The position numbers and the translations under genes are program-made. Source: Felis catus (Eukaryota). Taken from it: DNA of 64,000 bases. Position 1 is the stretch's first letter, and every line of letters starts with the position of its first letter. Shown here piece after piece: positions 24,721 through 37,617 of the stretch. The stretch is taken from NCBI RefSeq assembly GCF_018350175.1, contig NC_058368.1:12834001-12898000 (forward strand), read 5' to 3'. The notes below the pieces were generated by a model. The model searched no databases. It saw only the letters and a program-made list of their open reading frames with translations, and was not told the DNA's origin.

Positions 24721-25059
24721 TTGTGACACTGAGTTTTGTTAGAAAGCCTTGTTTGAGGGGAAGAAATCTATTTATTTGGAAAAAATAATTCTGCTTTTAA
24801 TATTCAGTACACTTTTCTATCCAGCAGGCACAGCCCAAAAGAGTTTTTGAAAGAGAGAGGGGAAGATTTGAATAAGCAAAGGTCTCTTGGTCCTCAGGCC
24901 AGAAATGCTGCCTCCTGTCTCCCCTTCCACAGTATTCTGACAGATCTCCGCACCCCCTTTCTTTGTATTTCAGCAGCCTCCAGATGCTGCTGGTCATAGC
25001 TCTGCACTTGTTACCCTCTGTCCCCAGAGTGCACACCCATGTTCTTGACAATGAGAGTT

Positions 25060-25340
25060 ACTGCGGATTCTTTGGAGTCTAGTTCCGACCTCATCTCCTC
25101 TGGGCAGTCTCCACTGACCACTCTGAGCGGGTGACAAGTGCCCCCTCCAGGACTCTTTTCGTCTCTCTTATGCACACTTGTCATTGCATTTATCACACCG
25201 TGTGGTCACCTCTTCCTTCTTTATCTCTCATATATCCCTAACCAAAATGCACAGGGGCCATGTCAAGTTTTATTCCTCTTTCTATCTCTGCTGCACAATC
25301 TGAAAATATAGGTGCTTCACAAATGTGTATAGAGTTGACT
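25060..25340 (+). mobile_element. L2 3' fragment
   Basis: acctcatctcctctgggcagtct...ataggtgcttcacaaatgtgt. Confidence 0.55.
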
Positions 25341-26503
25341 TGAAAACTGTTCTATACTAAAGCCATGAGCTACTTCAATAGCATTGCAAGATGAATGAGG
25401 TTAGTATCTTGATAGCAGTGCATTGTGCTTTGTTCATCTTCAGTTGTAAGTGTATTAAAGATGAAAGATGTGCTTGTACTACTGCACATGTTTCTGGAAG
25501 TAGCCCAGAAAGAAGGAATAAGATATCTAGCCCACAGCTCACCATTACAGAGGCCTTCGGGTTGGGAACTGTTTCTAAGAATAACAGCAGCATTTGATTG
25601 ATGCAAAAATCACCCGTTTCCCTATGTGTTGTCGTTAAGAATTGTGGGTGTGTGGCTTTTTATTTTTTATTTTTTTGCAACACGCGAAGGATTTAATGCT
25701 GCAAGATGATGTATGATTTGTAGTGGTTCAGCTGGGTAAGCACTGTTTGCTTCAACTACTATGAACTTATTTGTTCATCAATCATTTTAACACTGTGCTA
25801 CAAACCAGGAAATAGGTGGTTTAAAAAGAATAATACCTTGGCAGAATCTGCTCAGAGCCCTCTGATGTTTGTAAATCCTCGACTACCTACTTTGCGGATT
25901 GTCTTGAAGAGAAAGTTCACAGAATTTGGAATTCCAGAATTTGGATATTTAGTGCAAGACAGGGGCTAGATACTTCCAAATTTGAGGAAATTCTTGCCTG
26001 TAAATGAGAAATTCTGAATTATATTCTTTCCCTATTTGCCCTTATCTTTGCAACCCTTTTTTTAGAGACGACAGGAGTCACAGAAAACAAGTTTGAGTTC
26101 AGAAAGGTAGGGAGAACTGCTAACATTGCCAGCAAGTGTTGGTAGAGTTTGTGCACTTTAGCGCCCTTAGTGACATTGGGCAATTACCATCACTTCTTGG
26201 AATCTCTGTCAACAGTTGTAATTTAGGGCTAATATGTGTCCTGATTATATCTCAATGAAAAATGAGTTTCTGAGGAGTGTGACCTTGAGGTCCTAAGCAG
26301 GTTGCAAATTTAACTTTTGACACTTGAGATCTGAGACCTTTGCTCCCAGGCTGTTCGGAATGAACCAGAAGAGCCTGAGAAGAATGCTTATCTCCCCCTG
26401 AGTCAAAATGAAGGGGTGTATGCAAACCCATTTGCAATTCACACATATTTAAAAGGCATGGAACTGAAACACAAGACAGAGTGATATTAAAAAAGAGTTG
26501 ATT

Positions 26504-28342
26504 CCATACAAATTTTAGGATTGCTTGTTCTAGCTTCCAGAAGAATGCTGGTGCAATTTTGATTGGGATTGCATTGAATGTGTAGATAGCTTTGGGTAGT
26601 ATTGACATTTTGAAAATATTTATTCTTCCAACCCATGAGCACGGAATGTTTTTCCATTTCTTTATATCTTCTTCAATTTCCTTCATAAGCTTTCTATAGT
26701 TATCAGCATACAGATCTTTTACATCTTTGGTTTGATTTATTCCTAGGTATTTTATGCTTCTTGGTGCAATTGTGAATGGATCCACAAAAGGCCCTGAATA
26801 GCCAAAGTAATTTTGAAGAAGACCAAAGCAGGAGGCATCACAATCCCAGACTTTAGTCTCTACTACAAAGCTGTAATCATCAAGACAGCATGGTATTGGC
26901 ACAAAAAGACACATAGACCAATGGAATAGAATAGAAACCCCAGAACTAGACCCACAGACGTATGGCCAACTAATCTTTGACAAAGCAGGAAAGAACATCC
27001 AATGGAAAAAAGACAGTCTCTTTAACAAATGGTGCTGGGAGAACTGGACAGCAACATGCAGAAGATTGAAACTAGACCACTTTCTCACACCATTCACAAA
27101 AATAAACTCAAAATGGATAAAGGACCTGAATGTGAGACAGGAAACCATCAAAACTCTAGAGGAGAAAACAGGAAAAGACCTCAGCCGTAGCAATCTCTTA
27201 CTCGACACATCCCCAAAGGCAAGAGAATTAAAAGCAAAAACGAACTACTGGGACCTTATGAAGATAAAAAGCTTCTGCACAGCAAAGGAAACAACCAACA
27301 AAACTAAAAGGCAACCAACGGAATGGGAAAAGATATTTGCAAATGACATATCAGACAAAGGGCTAGTATCCAGAATCTATAAAGAGCTCACCAAACTCCA
27401 CACCCGAAAAACAAATAATCCAGTGAAGAAATGGGCAGAAAACATGAATAGACACTTCTCTAAAGAAGACATCCGGATGGCCAACAGGCACATGAAAAGA
27501 TGCTCAACATCGCTCCTCATCAGGGAAATACAAATCAAAACCACACTCAGATATCACCTCATGCCAGTCAGAGTGGCCAAAATGAACAAATCAGGAGACT
27601 ATAGATGCTGGCGAGGATGTGGAGAAATGGGAACCCGCTTGCACTGTTGGTGGGAATGCAAATTGGTGCAGCCACTCTGGAAAGCCGTGTGGAGGTTCCT
27701 CAGAAAATTAAAAATAGACCTACCCTATGACCCAGCAATAGCACTGCTAGGAATTTACCCAAGGGATACAGGAGTACTGATGCATAGGGGAACTTGTACC
27801 CCAATGTTTATAGCAGCACTCTCAACAATAGCCAAATTATGGAAAGAGCCTAAATGTCCATCAACTGATGAATGGATAAAGAAATTGTGGTTTATATACA
27901 CAATGGAGTACTACATGGCAATGAGAAAGAACGAAATATGGCCCTTTGTAGCAATGTGGATGGAACTGGAGAGTGTGATGCTAAGTGAAATAAGCCATAC
28001 AGAGAAAGACAGATACCATATGTTTTCATTCTTATGTGGATCCGAGAAACTTAACAGAAACCCATGGAGGAGGGGAAGGAAAAAAAAAAAAGAGGTTAGA
28101 GTGGGAGAGAGCCAAAGCATAAGAGACTCTTAAAAACTGAGAACAAACTGAAGGTTGATGGGTGATGGGAGGGAGGGGAGGGTGGGTGATGGGTACTGAG
28201 GAGGGCACATTTTGGGATGAGCACTGGGTGTTGTATGGAAACCAATTTGACAATAAACTTCATATATTGAAAAGAAATAAAAATAAATAAAATTAATTAA
28301 TTAATTAATTAATTAAAAATATAATAAAAAATAAAAAGTAAA
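26504..28342 (+). mobile_element. Young feline L1, 5'-truncated, with a 5' inversion (26504-~26781 on minus, ~26782-28342 on plus)
   Basis: L1 ORF2 peptide on minus then on plus; 3'UTR and A-rich tail; 16-bp TSD taaaaa(a/g)gagttgatt at 26488-26503 and 28343-28358. Confidence 0.95.
27066..28133 (+). pseudogene. L1 ORF2p C-terminal remnant (post-RT region and Cys-rich domain), non-autonomous
   Basis: ORF track [21 protein letters not shown]...[18 protein letters not shown] (CX3CX7HX4C); endonuclease and most of RT absent; upstream in-frame TGA near 26795. Confidence 0.92.
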
Positions 28343-29509
28343 TAAAAAGGAGTTGATTTAAAACTATGCTCCAAGTTAGGTGGTGTTCTTTGGTTCAATA
28401 CTTTCAGCTTAAGTGAGGCCTTGATTACCCCTATTATTGGATATCTCCAAATGAAAGGCTGCCAAAGGCCACACACTTAAGTCATGGGATGTCACAGCAT
28501 GTAGCCATCAATTTACAATTGCCTACTAAAGGCCCATGACTTGAAGGCACAGCATTTATTACTTAGGTCAGTAACAGCTCAGTGGCCTGTGCTGACTCTG
28601 ACTCTTGTTGTTGGACCACTCCCCCCTTCTGACCCACAGCTACCCAGGTGGTTGGCCCCATTCTGCTCCCTGCCGCCCCCCCCTACCCTTGCACAGCCAG
28701 GATGTGTCCAGGCTTTTTGTCAAACTGCCTTTCATGGTAGCTTTAGAGCATCTCTTTGTCCCGCCCTCTGCTGCATTCATTCATGGCAGCTGGTCATCCC
28801 TCCTGACTCTCTTTGAATGCTTTAGAGAATAAAAAAGGAAGGAAGAAAACCAAACGTGATGAGAATTAGCTAAGTATGAAAGTAAAAATAAAAATCGTAT
28901 GCAGGGATCATATTTCCTGAAACAAAAATTGTATTTGTGATCTGACATTAGGATAGAATATTTAAAATCCAAACTAGCTTAGAAGACTAGCACACATGGT
29001 TTTCTTATTGGTTACAATTATTGTAAAATGTCAGTATATTTTTAAAGATAGCAGCAAAAACTAGAATGATTTGAAAAAACTGTATGCCTCATTGTCAGAA
29101 AGAATTGATGCAACAGGTAGGGAATCAGACTTGCTGACTCAAGTTTTGTTCTAACAAATTCATTTATTCATTTATTGATTGATTCATTCCACAAACAGAT
29201 GTTGGGTATTTACCACATGCCAGGGACTGATGGAATGAGGGTTAAAACTTAAGGTGAATTTTAGAAAATAAAAGATTACATCTTTTGCATCCTGAATTTA
29301 TGACTGGGGTATATACAAGCACAACACAAGCACAATATTAACCTTGCCAGGTTTCCTTAAAACTGCTCAAAGGCTCATAGCAAGTCATGAGAAAAAGAAC
29401 CTCTCCACAATTTGTTAAAGCTAGATACCTAAACTCAGTAGATGCAACTGAAAACTGGACAATTCAACACATAGAATGGTACATGAAGTTCAATGCTTGC
29501 TTTCATGTA

Positions 29510-29520
29510 ACACACACACA

Positions 29521-29553
<33 letters not shown>
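29510..29553. repeat. (CA)n microsatellite
   Basis: CA run with one interruption. Confidence 0.97.
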
Positions 29554-29556
<3 letters not shown>

Positions 29557-30086
29557 TGATTAGAGTAGATATAGATATGAAACTTAATGTGTCACCTAGT
29601 TGTATCAACAAACTGCTATTCCAACCTTGACGTTCCACTGCTCCTCATCACTGACCCTAAGCTTTAGCAAAGCTTAACTACTGAACATCCATAATTTCAT
29701 GCTTCTATGATTTACTTGCTAATCTTATTCCCCACCTTATTCCTTTGATCACCTAGCTCAATGTTGTCTCCTTTGAGATGTCTCCTTGGCCTCTTCACAG
29801 TTTCTTTACTTGGCATTCTATAACACTTTACCTGTCCTCCTATAACAATGACCTTGTTTCCTTTTGAATTTTAATCATGTTGTATCTAAGTTCCACATTT
29901 TCAGGATGTTAACCATCATTAATTAAATAAGTCCTTGTTTCTACCTCAAAGAGTCCAAGTGAGAAGTGGCTCTGTCACAAACCCGTGCTGGCAGTTTGGA
30001 ACGTCTGACAAATTACACTGTGAGACTCAAATTTGAAATCTCTGTGTGTAAGTGATTTTTGTATTTCTCTTCCCATCAGCATCCAT

Positions 30087-30234
30087 GTGGGCAGAGGGAG
30101 AGACAGAGAATCTTGAGCAGGCTTCATGCTCAGCACAGAGCCTGACATGGGGCTGGATCCCACAACCCTGGGATAACGACCTGAGCAGAAATCAAGAGTT
30201 GGACACTCAACTGACTGAGTCACCCAGGCGCCCC
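30087..30234 (-). mobile_element. Older SINEC lacking its 3' tail
   Basis: Head intact at 30234; stops abruptly in the CT tract with no poly(A). Confidence 0.9.
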
Positions 30235-30239
30235 TGGAT

Positions 30240-30660
30240 GGATTTTTTAAAAAGGTAATTTATTAAAAGACCATAAGAAAACTTACAGAATCCCATGGAA
30301 GACTGAAGAACCAGGCATAAAACAGAGACCCGAAACTACTACAGATTTCATTGCCAGGGGAAGACAGTCTCACTCAGAATCCACCCCAGGGTGAGTCAAC
30401 TCCAGTAATTTATTTCTTTTTTGTATTATTCTGTTCAGGATTCTAAGTCTTGGGAGAGAGGCTGTCTGGTCAGTCTTAGTTCACCTGTCTGCCTCTGGCT
30501 GTTCTCAGAGATGGGGGGCACTCATAGGAGGCCCTTCAGCATCTGTTGCGAGAGGGCTAGACACATTGATTTACCATCTTGCTAAGATTGCATGCAAAGA
30601 AAAGTAATGCCTCTCTCAAAAAACAAGGTACTGTTAGATGCTACGTGGCTCCAAATAGCT
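30240..30660 (-). mobile_element. Old MaLR LTR (MLT1I/J/K-like)
   Basis: aatttattaaaag...cttacagaatc...gactgaagaaccaggc; gggagagaggctgtctggtcagtcttagttcacctg. Confidence 0.55.
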
Positions 30661-33079
30661 AATATCTGGGAAGATAGCCCATCTGGTTGAGGGGTTCTCT
30701 AAGGTTCCCCTGAGTGAATTTCCAGTACGCCACATAGTATATATTTTAACTCAGTAAATCCCAAATATGCTTTCCAAGTTTGGTGAAAACTATCCATAAG
30801 AAAGCTAATATTGATTTTTTAAATGAAATATTTTTAAAAGAGACTTTGTGTCTGATTCATCTTTGTATCACTCTTAGCGTCTAATAGACCTTTGCACAGA
30901 ATTGAGGCCTAAAAAATATTAATAGGTGAAATGTAGACATGACACACTTAATTTTCAGAATTGAACATCTCTATGTGTATGATTACTATATGAATGAATG
31001 ATATATGCTCACATATGTTAAATACCTGTATGATCATGCAAATAAGGTTTGATTTATAGCACCAGGATCCTGTCAGTGATGATAAGGAATAGGTTACATT
31101 GTTAGTGTTACCTATTTACAGGCTTTTATTATTCCATGGAAGAAGTAAGTTGCTCCCTAAGCAATCCATGTTTCTCTCTAAGAATATTTTGTTGTTTTCT
31201 CCTCCTTGACTCTTTAGTGAAGGGACTATGTCTTATTTGTCTTGACTTCTGAGGCCCTAGCGAGCACTCAACAAATGTCTCATGGATAAATTATCACAAT
31301 TTAATATTTGCTTTGGTAATGAGGGCTAAAACCCCTTGTTAAGATGTGAGGCCAGAATAATTATACACTAGTGAACACCTAGTTTTGGTGACAGATGACC
31401 GGGGTCATGGGGAGAGGGGAAGGCTGAGCTCTTGGGGTTGGTCCCACATCAGCCCTTAGTGCAGACTGTTCTACCAACACTTGCAAGCTGACAAGAAGAG
31501 AGGAAGTGGAGGATGGAACAAGAAGATGTCATGATCCATGACAGGCAGAGAAGGATATGGCCTCTCTGAAAGACAAGGGATCCCTCCTTGCCTAGTGAGC
31601 GGGGAAGCTTGACCAGAAGGTAGGTGGCTAAGACAGTTGACATGTTCTGCTCTTCCAGACTGATGTTTCAATGAGTGGAATAATAATTACGCATGTATTT
31701 TCTCTAAAAATCTGTCACCAACTCTACTTTCACTGTCCTTTCCTCGTGTAATGTCTTTACAATGTTGCACCTGACAGCAGTGTGCAGTAGAAGTAGGAAT
31801 GTGTGGAGAATGGTGCCAAGGGATACGTCTCAACTTTTATTAAAATCTTTAATTATCAACAGCTTGATATCTGACTGGCTCTGATTTATTCCAGGTTGTG
31901 AGTGCTTGTTTGCATGACTGTCACACAGCATTTTTCTTGACAGTTATAACTATGCTAGAATTATTGTGCTCTGAGTATCTGGAGGATGGATGGTGTGCTT
32001 TATTTATCTCGGTATCTCCAAGCTCTAGGACAGCTACTTGTAACTATAAATTCTCAACAAATGTTTGTTGTTTAATACATATAACAAAACAGAGGAGGAA
32101 AAAAGGCGAAAAGGAACATTGCCATTGTGATAGCCCTTTAATAGACTCTTTGATGGCTTCCAAGAACTCTCCCGTCCACTGAGGGCTTCTGCTGAATTTA
32201 AGGATTCCTGAAAACAAAGTCAGCCTTATTGTAGTTCACCTGAGAAATCCCTTGAAACACTTTAATCAAGCAAAATTTTCACTCCTTCCCTAGAGGTCTG
32301 TGTCTTTCTTAGGCTGAGCCTTCTGGGACAGGTTATGTTAGCAATCTTGAGGCTAGGAAGTCCTCCCATGATTCACATTCCCATCCAAAGTGTTAGAAGC
32401 CCCTTTGAGCATCCGTCCTTTCCCATAATTTCACTCCCCCCCCACCCAGACTGCTGGGTGAACACTTTTACCTGGGTCAAGATCATATTGCCCATTGCCC
32501 TACCTCTCCCTTCTTTTTCTCTTCATTTCCTTCCCTTTTCCGCCTCCTAAGCTTTCGTGTTGTGCTTTGGAATATTTAATGTGGTAAACCAAATCTTTCA
32601 TATGTTTCGCTTCTTTATTGGAAACCATTTGCACCTCTTGCCTTGACTGACACCTGACAGATACTGGATATGAACCTTGAAGACACTGGATATGAACTGG
32701 CCCGTTTAAGTGGATTTGGCTTATTATTCCAACCGCACATAGATTTGGACTAAGATTTAACCTCAGCAACTTTTTATACTCCATGCCATTTTTGGATTGT
32801 GAGTGCTTCATCTTCATGTAAAAGCTGTGACTCCTTGAAGCCTGTACCTCTACTGGTAGCTGTCAACTCTTGACATCTATCTATACTTGATGGTCCTTAT
32901 TTTACTTGTGTTTTAAAAGTAGCACTTGACATTGCTGTCCACTCCCTCCTTCTTCCTCTGGCCTCCAGCACTTCCAACATAGTACAGTCTATTTATGGTC
33001 CTACTCTACCTGCTGTTCATAAATTCTGAACTGTAGGCTTTTTTTCTCTGCCCATCCCTGACATTTATGCATTTCACAG

Positions 33080-33491
33080 TGTGGGTGACCTGGGGACATG
33101 CTTCCCAGGTCCCTCTATAGGAAGGGACTTTCTACCATAACTGCTTAGAGTATAGACAAGGCTGCCTCCAGCTCAGCCTGTTGTGACTTCAGCTGCAAAG
33201 AGGGTTTTCATGGAAGGTCCACACTGTTCCCAGGACACATATCCAATGGCTAGTTGATAAAGGCAGAGCATAAAGGCCTCATTATTTGGGCCAAATATAG
33301 GACAACTCTGACAAGTCATTCCATCTGGAGAGAGCCTCTTAGGGGTGGCATTGCAGCTCACCTTCTCCCTCTGCCTAATCCTGCTTCCTTCACACCCTTT
33401 CTGTAGGTGTGGATCCCAAGTGCACTCCAATAAACACCCTGAACACAAAACTCTGTCAGAGGCTGCTCCCTGAGAAACTCAAAGTCTAGCA
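33080..33491 (+). mobile_element. LTR16-like (ERVL) solo LTR inserted in an L2 relic
   Basis: TG...CA ends; ctgcctaatcctgcttcctt...ggtgtggatcccaagtgcactccaataaac. Confidence 0.75.
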
Positions 33492-34093
33492 TACATGGCT
33501 CCATTCTTTACCTCCTGTCTTGTCACATTGCATGGTTTCCCTTGGTGATCTCATCCAGTGTGCCAACATCACTCACCCTCTGTACACCAAAGTCTGTCTT
33601 TTGTCTGGACATCCATTGTGAACTCTGGGTGTGAATGTGCAAGCTTTTCCTTTACACTTCCACTTGGATGGTCCATGAACATCTCAGACTCAAGGAAGGC
33701 AAGACTGAGCTCATCTTAAACCACTCCAACACCCTTCCCCCAGCCTGCCATTGTCTATGCTGATTCCTACTGTTACTGAGAGAAGCTGTCTGGTAAAATA
33801 ATTCTCACTGGGCTGTAAGGAATTGTTTGAGCACAGGGAATAGAGGAACGATATTAATAAAGAAGGAATAATAAGCAAAGAATTCTACTTTCTAATTGTG
33901 CTTCCCAGATCTCCCTTACAGTTACTACTCAGTACTAGACTTATGGTAACATTTATCCTTTCCTGATGCTAAAGTAAACAGATTTTGCAGTTTACTGTTA
34001 GTATCATGGAACTAAGATGCTATTAATTACTTTTCTTATGTTCATAAAATATAAGTGTCATATTTTTGACCCTCTTCAGATAGAGTCCCAGTA

Positions 34094-34095
<2 letters not shown>

Positions 34096-34189
<94 letters not shown>

Positions 34190-34210
34190 AAAAGGAAGGA
34201 AGAAAGAAAA
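34096..34210. repeat. (GAAA)n tetranucleotide microsatellite
   Basis: Long GAAA array. Confidence 0.98.
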
Positions 34211-34305
34211 AGAGGATAACACAGGAACTCTATATAAATAATTTCTAACTGAAATAATTTATTCTTTCTTTGAGTCTTCATGATGCTTATTCTCTAGTTC
34301 TTTAG

Positions 34306-34372
34306 GTATATATCTAGATCTATATCTATACCTATACCTGTATCTATATCTATACCTATATCTATCTATATC
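34306..34372. repeat. Imperfect (TATATC/TATACC)n repeat
   Basis: Hexamer-like tandem array. Confidence 0.8.
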
Positions 34373-35814
34373 TGTGGAGAACAGGGATGATTTCCTTCAG
34401 GTTGGATCACTTGGGTAGTAGCATAACGCTTCATAAGTAAATTTGCAGTACATGCTTGTTGGTGATATTATGGTCTCCTCATTGGCCATGCCCAAGGAAC
34501 TGCTACTAAATGCAATGGTAGCAAATTATGCCAGGTCTTCTGGGCTTTGACTCCTCAACAGGCTCAAATCCATTATAAATTTTTTTGGGGGGAAATGTAT
34601 AACTACCATAGTTTGGTAAAATGTTTAATCACTGTAACATTTAAATCCTTCCTACTGTCATTGCTAGCCAAAGGTGCACATTCTGAGAAAGTTCTGCCTT
34701 TGTATAGATTCACCCACATTTTTCAACTGTTCTACCTTATGACATTTGTACCTGGTGGCACTTGTGTCCTGGAAAAGAATACAAATAAAGACACACACAA
34801 CAAACTACAGTTTGTTACCGTGACCTCAGCAACCACACATAGTTGGGCTGTATCGAGATTACAGCAGCAGTCCTCTGTGATGCCAGTAAAATGAAGAGTT
34901 GCTCCAGAACCTGATAATATGGAAAACAAATCCCCTGGACAACAGTGAAAAACAGTTGGAATTTAATACTTACCTAAGAAAACTGCCAAAATCTGCAGCC
35001 ATATGGAGGTTCTTTATCCTTGGAACCCTCCTATCTTAGCAAGTCCCCCAAAATGACCAATAACTGTCCTCTTCCAGCCCAACCCTTGAAGAGAGGGTCT
35101 GTCTGTCTCATGGCTTCCCTCTGCCAATCGCAGTATATATCTTGTCAAATTCTGTCCTATGGCAAGTGTCTATTTTTTAAAAGTTTAAATTTTATTGGCC
35201 CTTAAAGCAGTCTTATAGGCATGAATGATTATAATTTTTACCATTTAGTAGCTGAAGAAATACAGATAAACAAAATGCCCTTTATTTTAATCTCACCACT
35301 CTCAGACACCTGCTATCTTGAAGTATTCTAATTAAACTTTCATCATCTTTGTGCTTAAAGGAAAAGTCCTATTCCCAATGTAGGCGGTTTGCATTTATAA
35401 GTTCTGACAAGTTGCTTGGTACCAGACAGCCAAAAGTGATGAATAGTCTCAGCAGACTAAAATGTAAATTTGATTGAAGAAAACAACCTACAAAAATTTA
35501 TGCTTCTGTATAATCTATGTGATTAAATGTTACTTGTTTCAAAGCTAATGTTTCTGACACTTTCAATTACAGCTTTTGGAAGTTTTATTCCACATCATTT
35601 AATCTATTTTAAATAACTCTCCCTTTTAGATTCACACACAGTGATGCATGTTTAGCATCAATCTCCAATGCAAATTTGGAAATAATCTCTGTCCAGTCTA
35701 CAACAAAATTCGTTTTATATGGAGATTACAGGGTTTAAAAGCTGAACCTTCAATCCTTTTTCTTATAACTAAGAAAATATCGGGTCTCAGCATAACTAGT
35801 GTTGTCCTCTTTTA

Positions 35815-36430
35815 AAAATTGTGTTTAAAAATTAGAAAACACATAACATAAAATTTACTATCTTAACCACTTTTAAGTGTGTGGCTTATTACTGCTAGGT
35901 GTTTTCACATTATTGTGCAACAGATCTCTATAACTTTTTTATCTTATAAAAGTGAATTTCTATATCCATTCAACAAAAGGTCCCCATTTTCCTCTTCCCC
36001 TGCCCCTGGAGATCACCATTCTTCTTTTGGTTTCTTTGATTTTGACTACTTTAGATACACCGTATAAGTGAAATTATACAATATTTGGTTTTTTTGTGAC
36101 TGACTTATTTCACTTAGCATAATGTCCTCAAGATTCATGAGAGGGTTTATAGCATAAGGCAGGATTTCTTTCTTCTCTTAAGGCTGAATAATATTATGCT
36201 GTATGTATATACCATTTTATTTATTCATTCATATGTCAATGGACATTTGGGTTGCTTCTATCTCTTGTGAGTAGTGCTGTAATGAACATGCATGTGCAAG
36301 CCTGTCTTCAAGATCCTGCTTTCAGTTCCTTTGGCTATATAACCAGAAGTGGGATTGCTAAATCATACGATAATTCTATTTTAACTTTTGGTGGAACCTC
36401 CATACTGTTTTCCATAGAGGCTGCACCATT
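35815..36430 (-). mobile_element. Old L1MB-like 3' end, resuming at ~37620-37645
   Basis: acacataacataaaatttactatcttaacc...gactgacttatttcacttagcataatgtcctcaag...tccatagaggctgcaccatttt. Confidence 0.88.
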
Positions 36431-37617
36431 TTTTTAAATATAATTTATTGTCAAGTTAGCTAACATACACTGTATGCAGTGTGCTCTTGGCTTCAGGAGT
36501 AGATTCATCACTTACATACAACACCCAGTGCTCATCCTAACAAGTACCCTCCTCAATGCCCATCGCCCATTTTCCCCCTCTCCCCCACCCCCCATCAACC
36601 CTCAGTTTGTTCTCTGTATTCGAGAGTCTCATGGTTTGCCTCCCTTCCTTCCCTCGTGGTCTTCTGTTAAGTTTCTCAAATTCCTGGGGCGCCTGGCTGG
36701 GTGGCGCAGTCGGTTGAGTGTCCGACTTCAGCCAGGTCACGATCTCGCGGTCCGTGAGTTCGAGCCCCGCGTCAGGCTCTGGGCTGATGGCTCAGAGCCT
36801 GGAGCCTGTTTCCGATTCTGTGTCTCCCTCTCTCTCTGACCCTCCCCCGTTCATGCTCTGTCTCTCTCTGTCTCAAAAATAAATAAACGTTGAAAAAAAA
36901 ATTAAAAAAAAAAGTTTCTCAAATTCCACATATGAGTGAAAACATATGATATCTGTCTTTCTCTGACTGACTTATTTCCCTTAGCATAATACCCTCCAGT
37001 TCCATTCATGTTGTTGCAAATGGAAAGATTTCATTCTTTCTCATTGCCCGGTAGTAATCCATTGTATGTAGTAATCCATTGTTGATAGCACTGCTATCAT
37101 GTGCCCCTATGAATCAGCACTCCTATATTCTTTGGATAAATTCCTGGTAGTGCTCTTGCTGGGTCGTAGGGTAATTCTAGTTTTAATTTTTTTGAGGAAC
37201 CTCCACACTGTTTTCCAGAGTGTCTGCACCAGTTTGTATTCCTACCAACAGTGCAAGAGGGTTCCTGTTTCTCCACATCCTCGCCAACATTTGTTGTTTC
37301 CTGAGTTGCTAATTTTAGCCACTCTGACCGGTGTGAGGTGGTATCTCAGTGTGGCTTTAATTTGTATTTCTCTGATGATGAGTGAAGTTGAGCATCTTTC
37401 CATGTGTCTGTTGGCCATCTGGATGTCTTCTTTGGAAAAGTGTCTATTCGTGTCTTCTGCCCATTTCTTTACTGGATTATTTGTTTTTTGGGTGTTGAGT
37501 TTGGTAAATTCTGTATAGATTTTGGATACTAATCCTTTATCCAATATGTCGTTTGCAAATATTGTTCCTCATTCTGTCAGTTGCTTTTTAGTTTTGTTGA
37601 TTGTTTCCTTTGCTTGG
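36431..37617 (-). mobile_element. Carnivore/feline L1, 5'-truncated, nested in the older L1
   Basis: ORF2 C-terminal peptide on minus (37242-37544), feline-type 3'UTR; TSD accatttt. Confidence 0.92.
36686..36911 (+). mobile_element. Young SINEC_Fc nested in the L1 3'UTR
   Basis: Perfect TSD aagtttctcaaattcc (36669-36684, 36912-36927). Confidence 0.97.

Noticed and set aside
25370..25606. Three overlapping short ORFs in unique DNA
   Set aside because: No identifiable peptide or splice sites; could be conserved non-coding DNA, but that cannot be shown here
26252..27208. 318-aa minus-strand ORF as a host gene
   Set aside because: Chimera of antisense L1, inverted L1 ORF2 and flanking DNA, explained by the inversion
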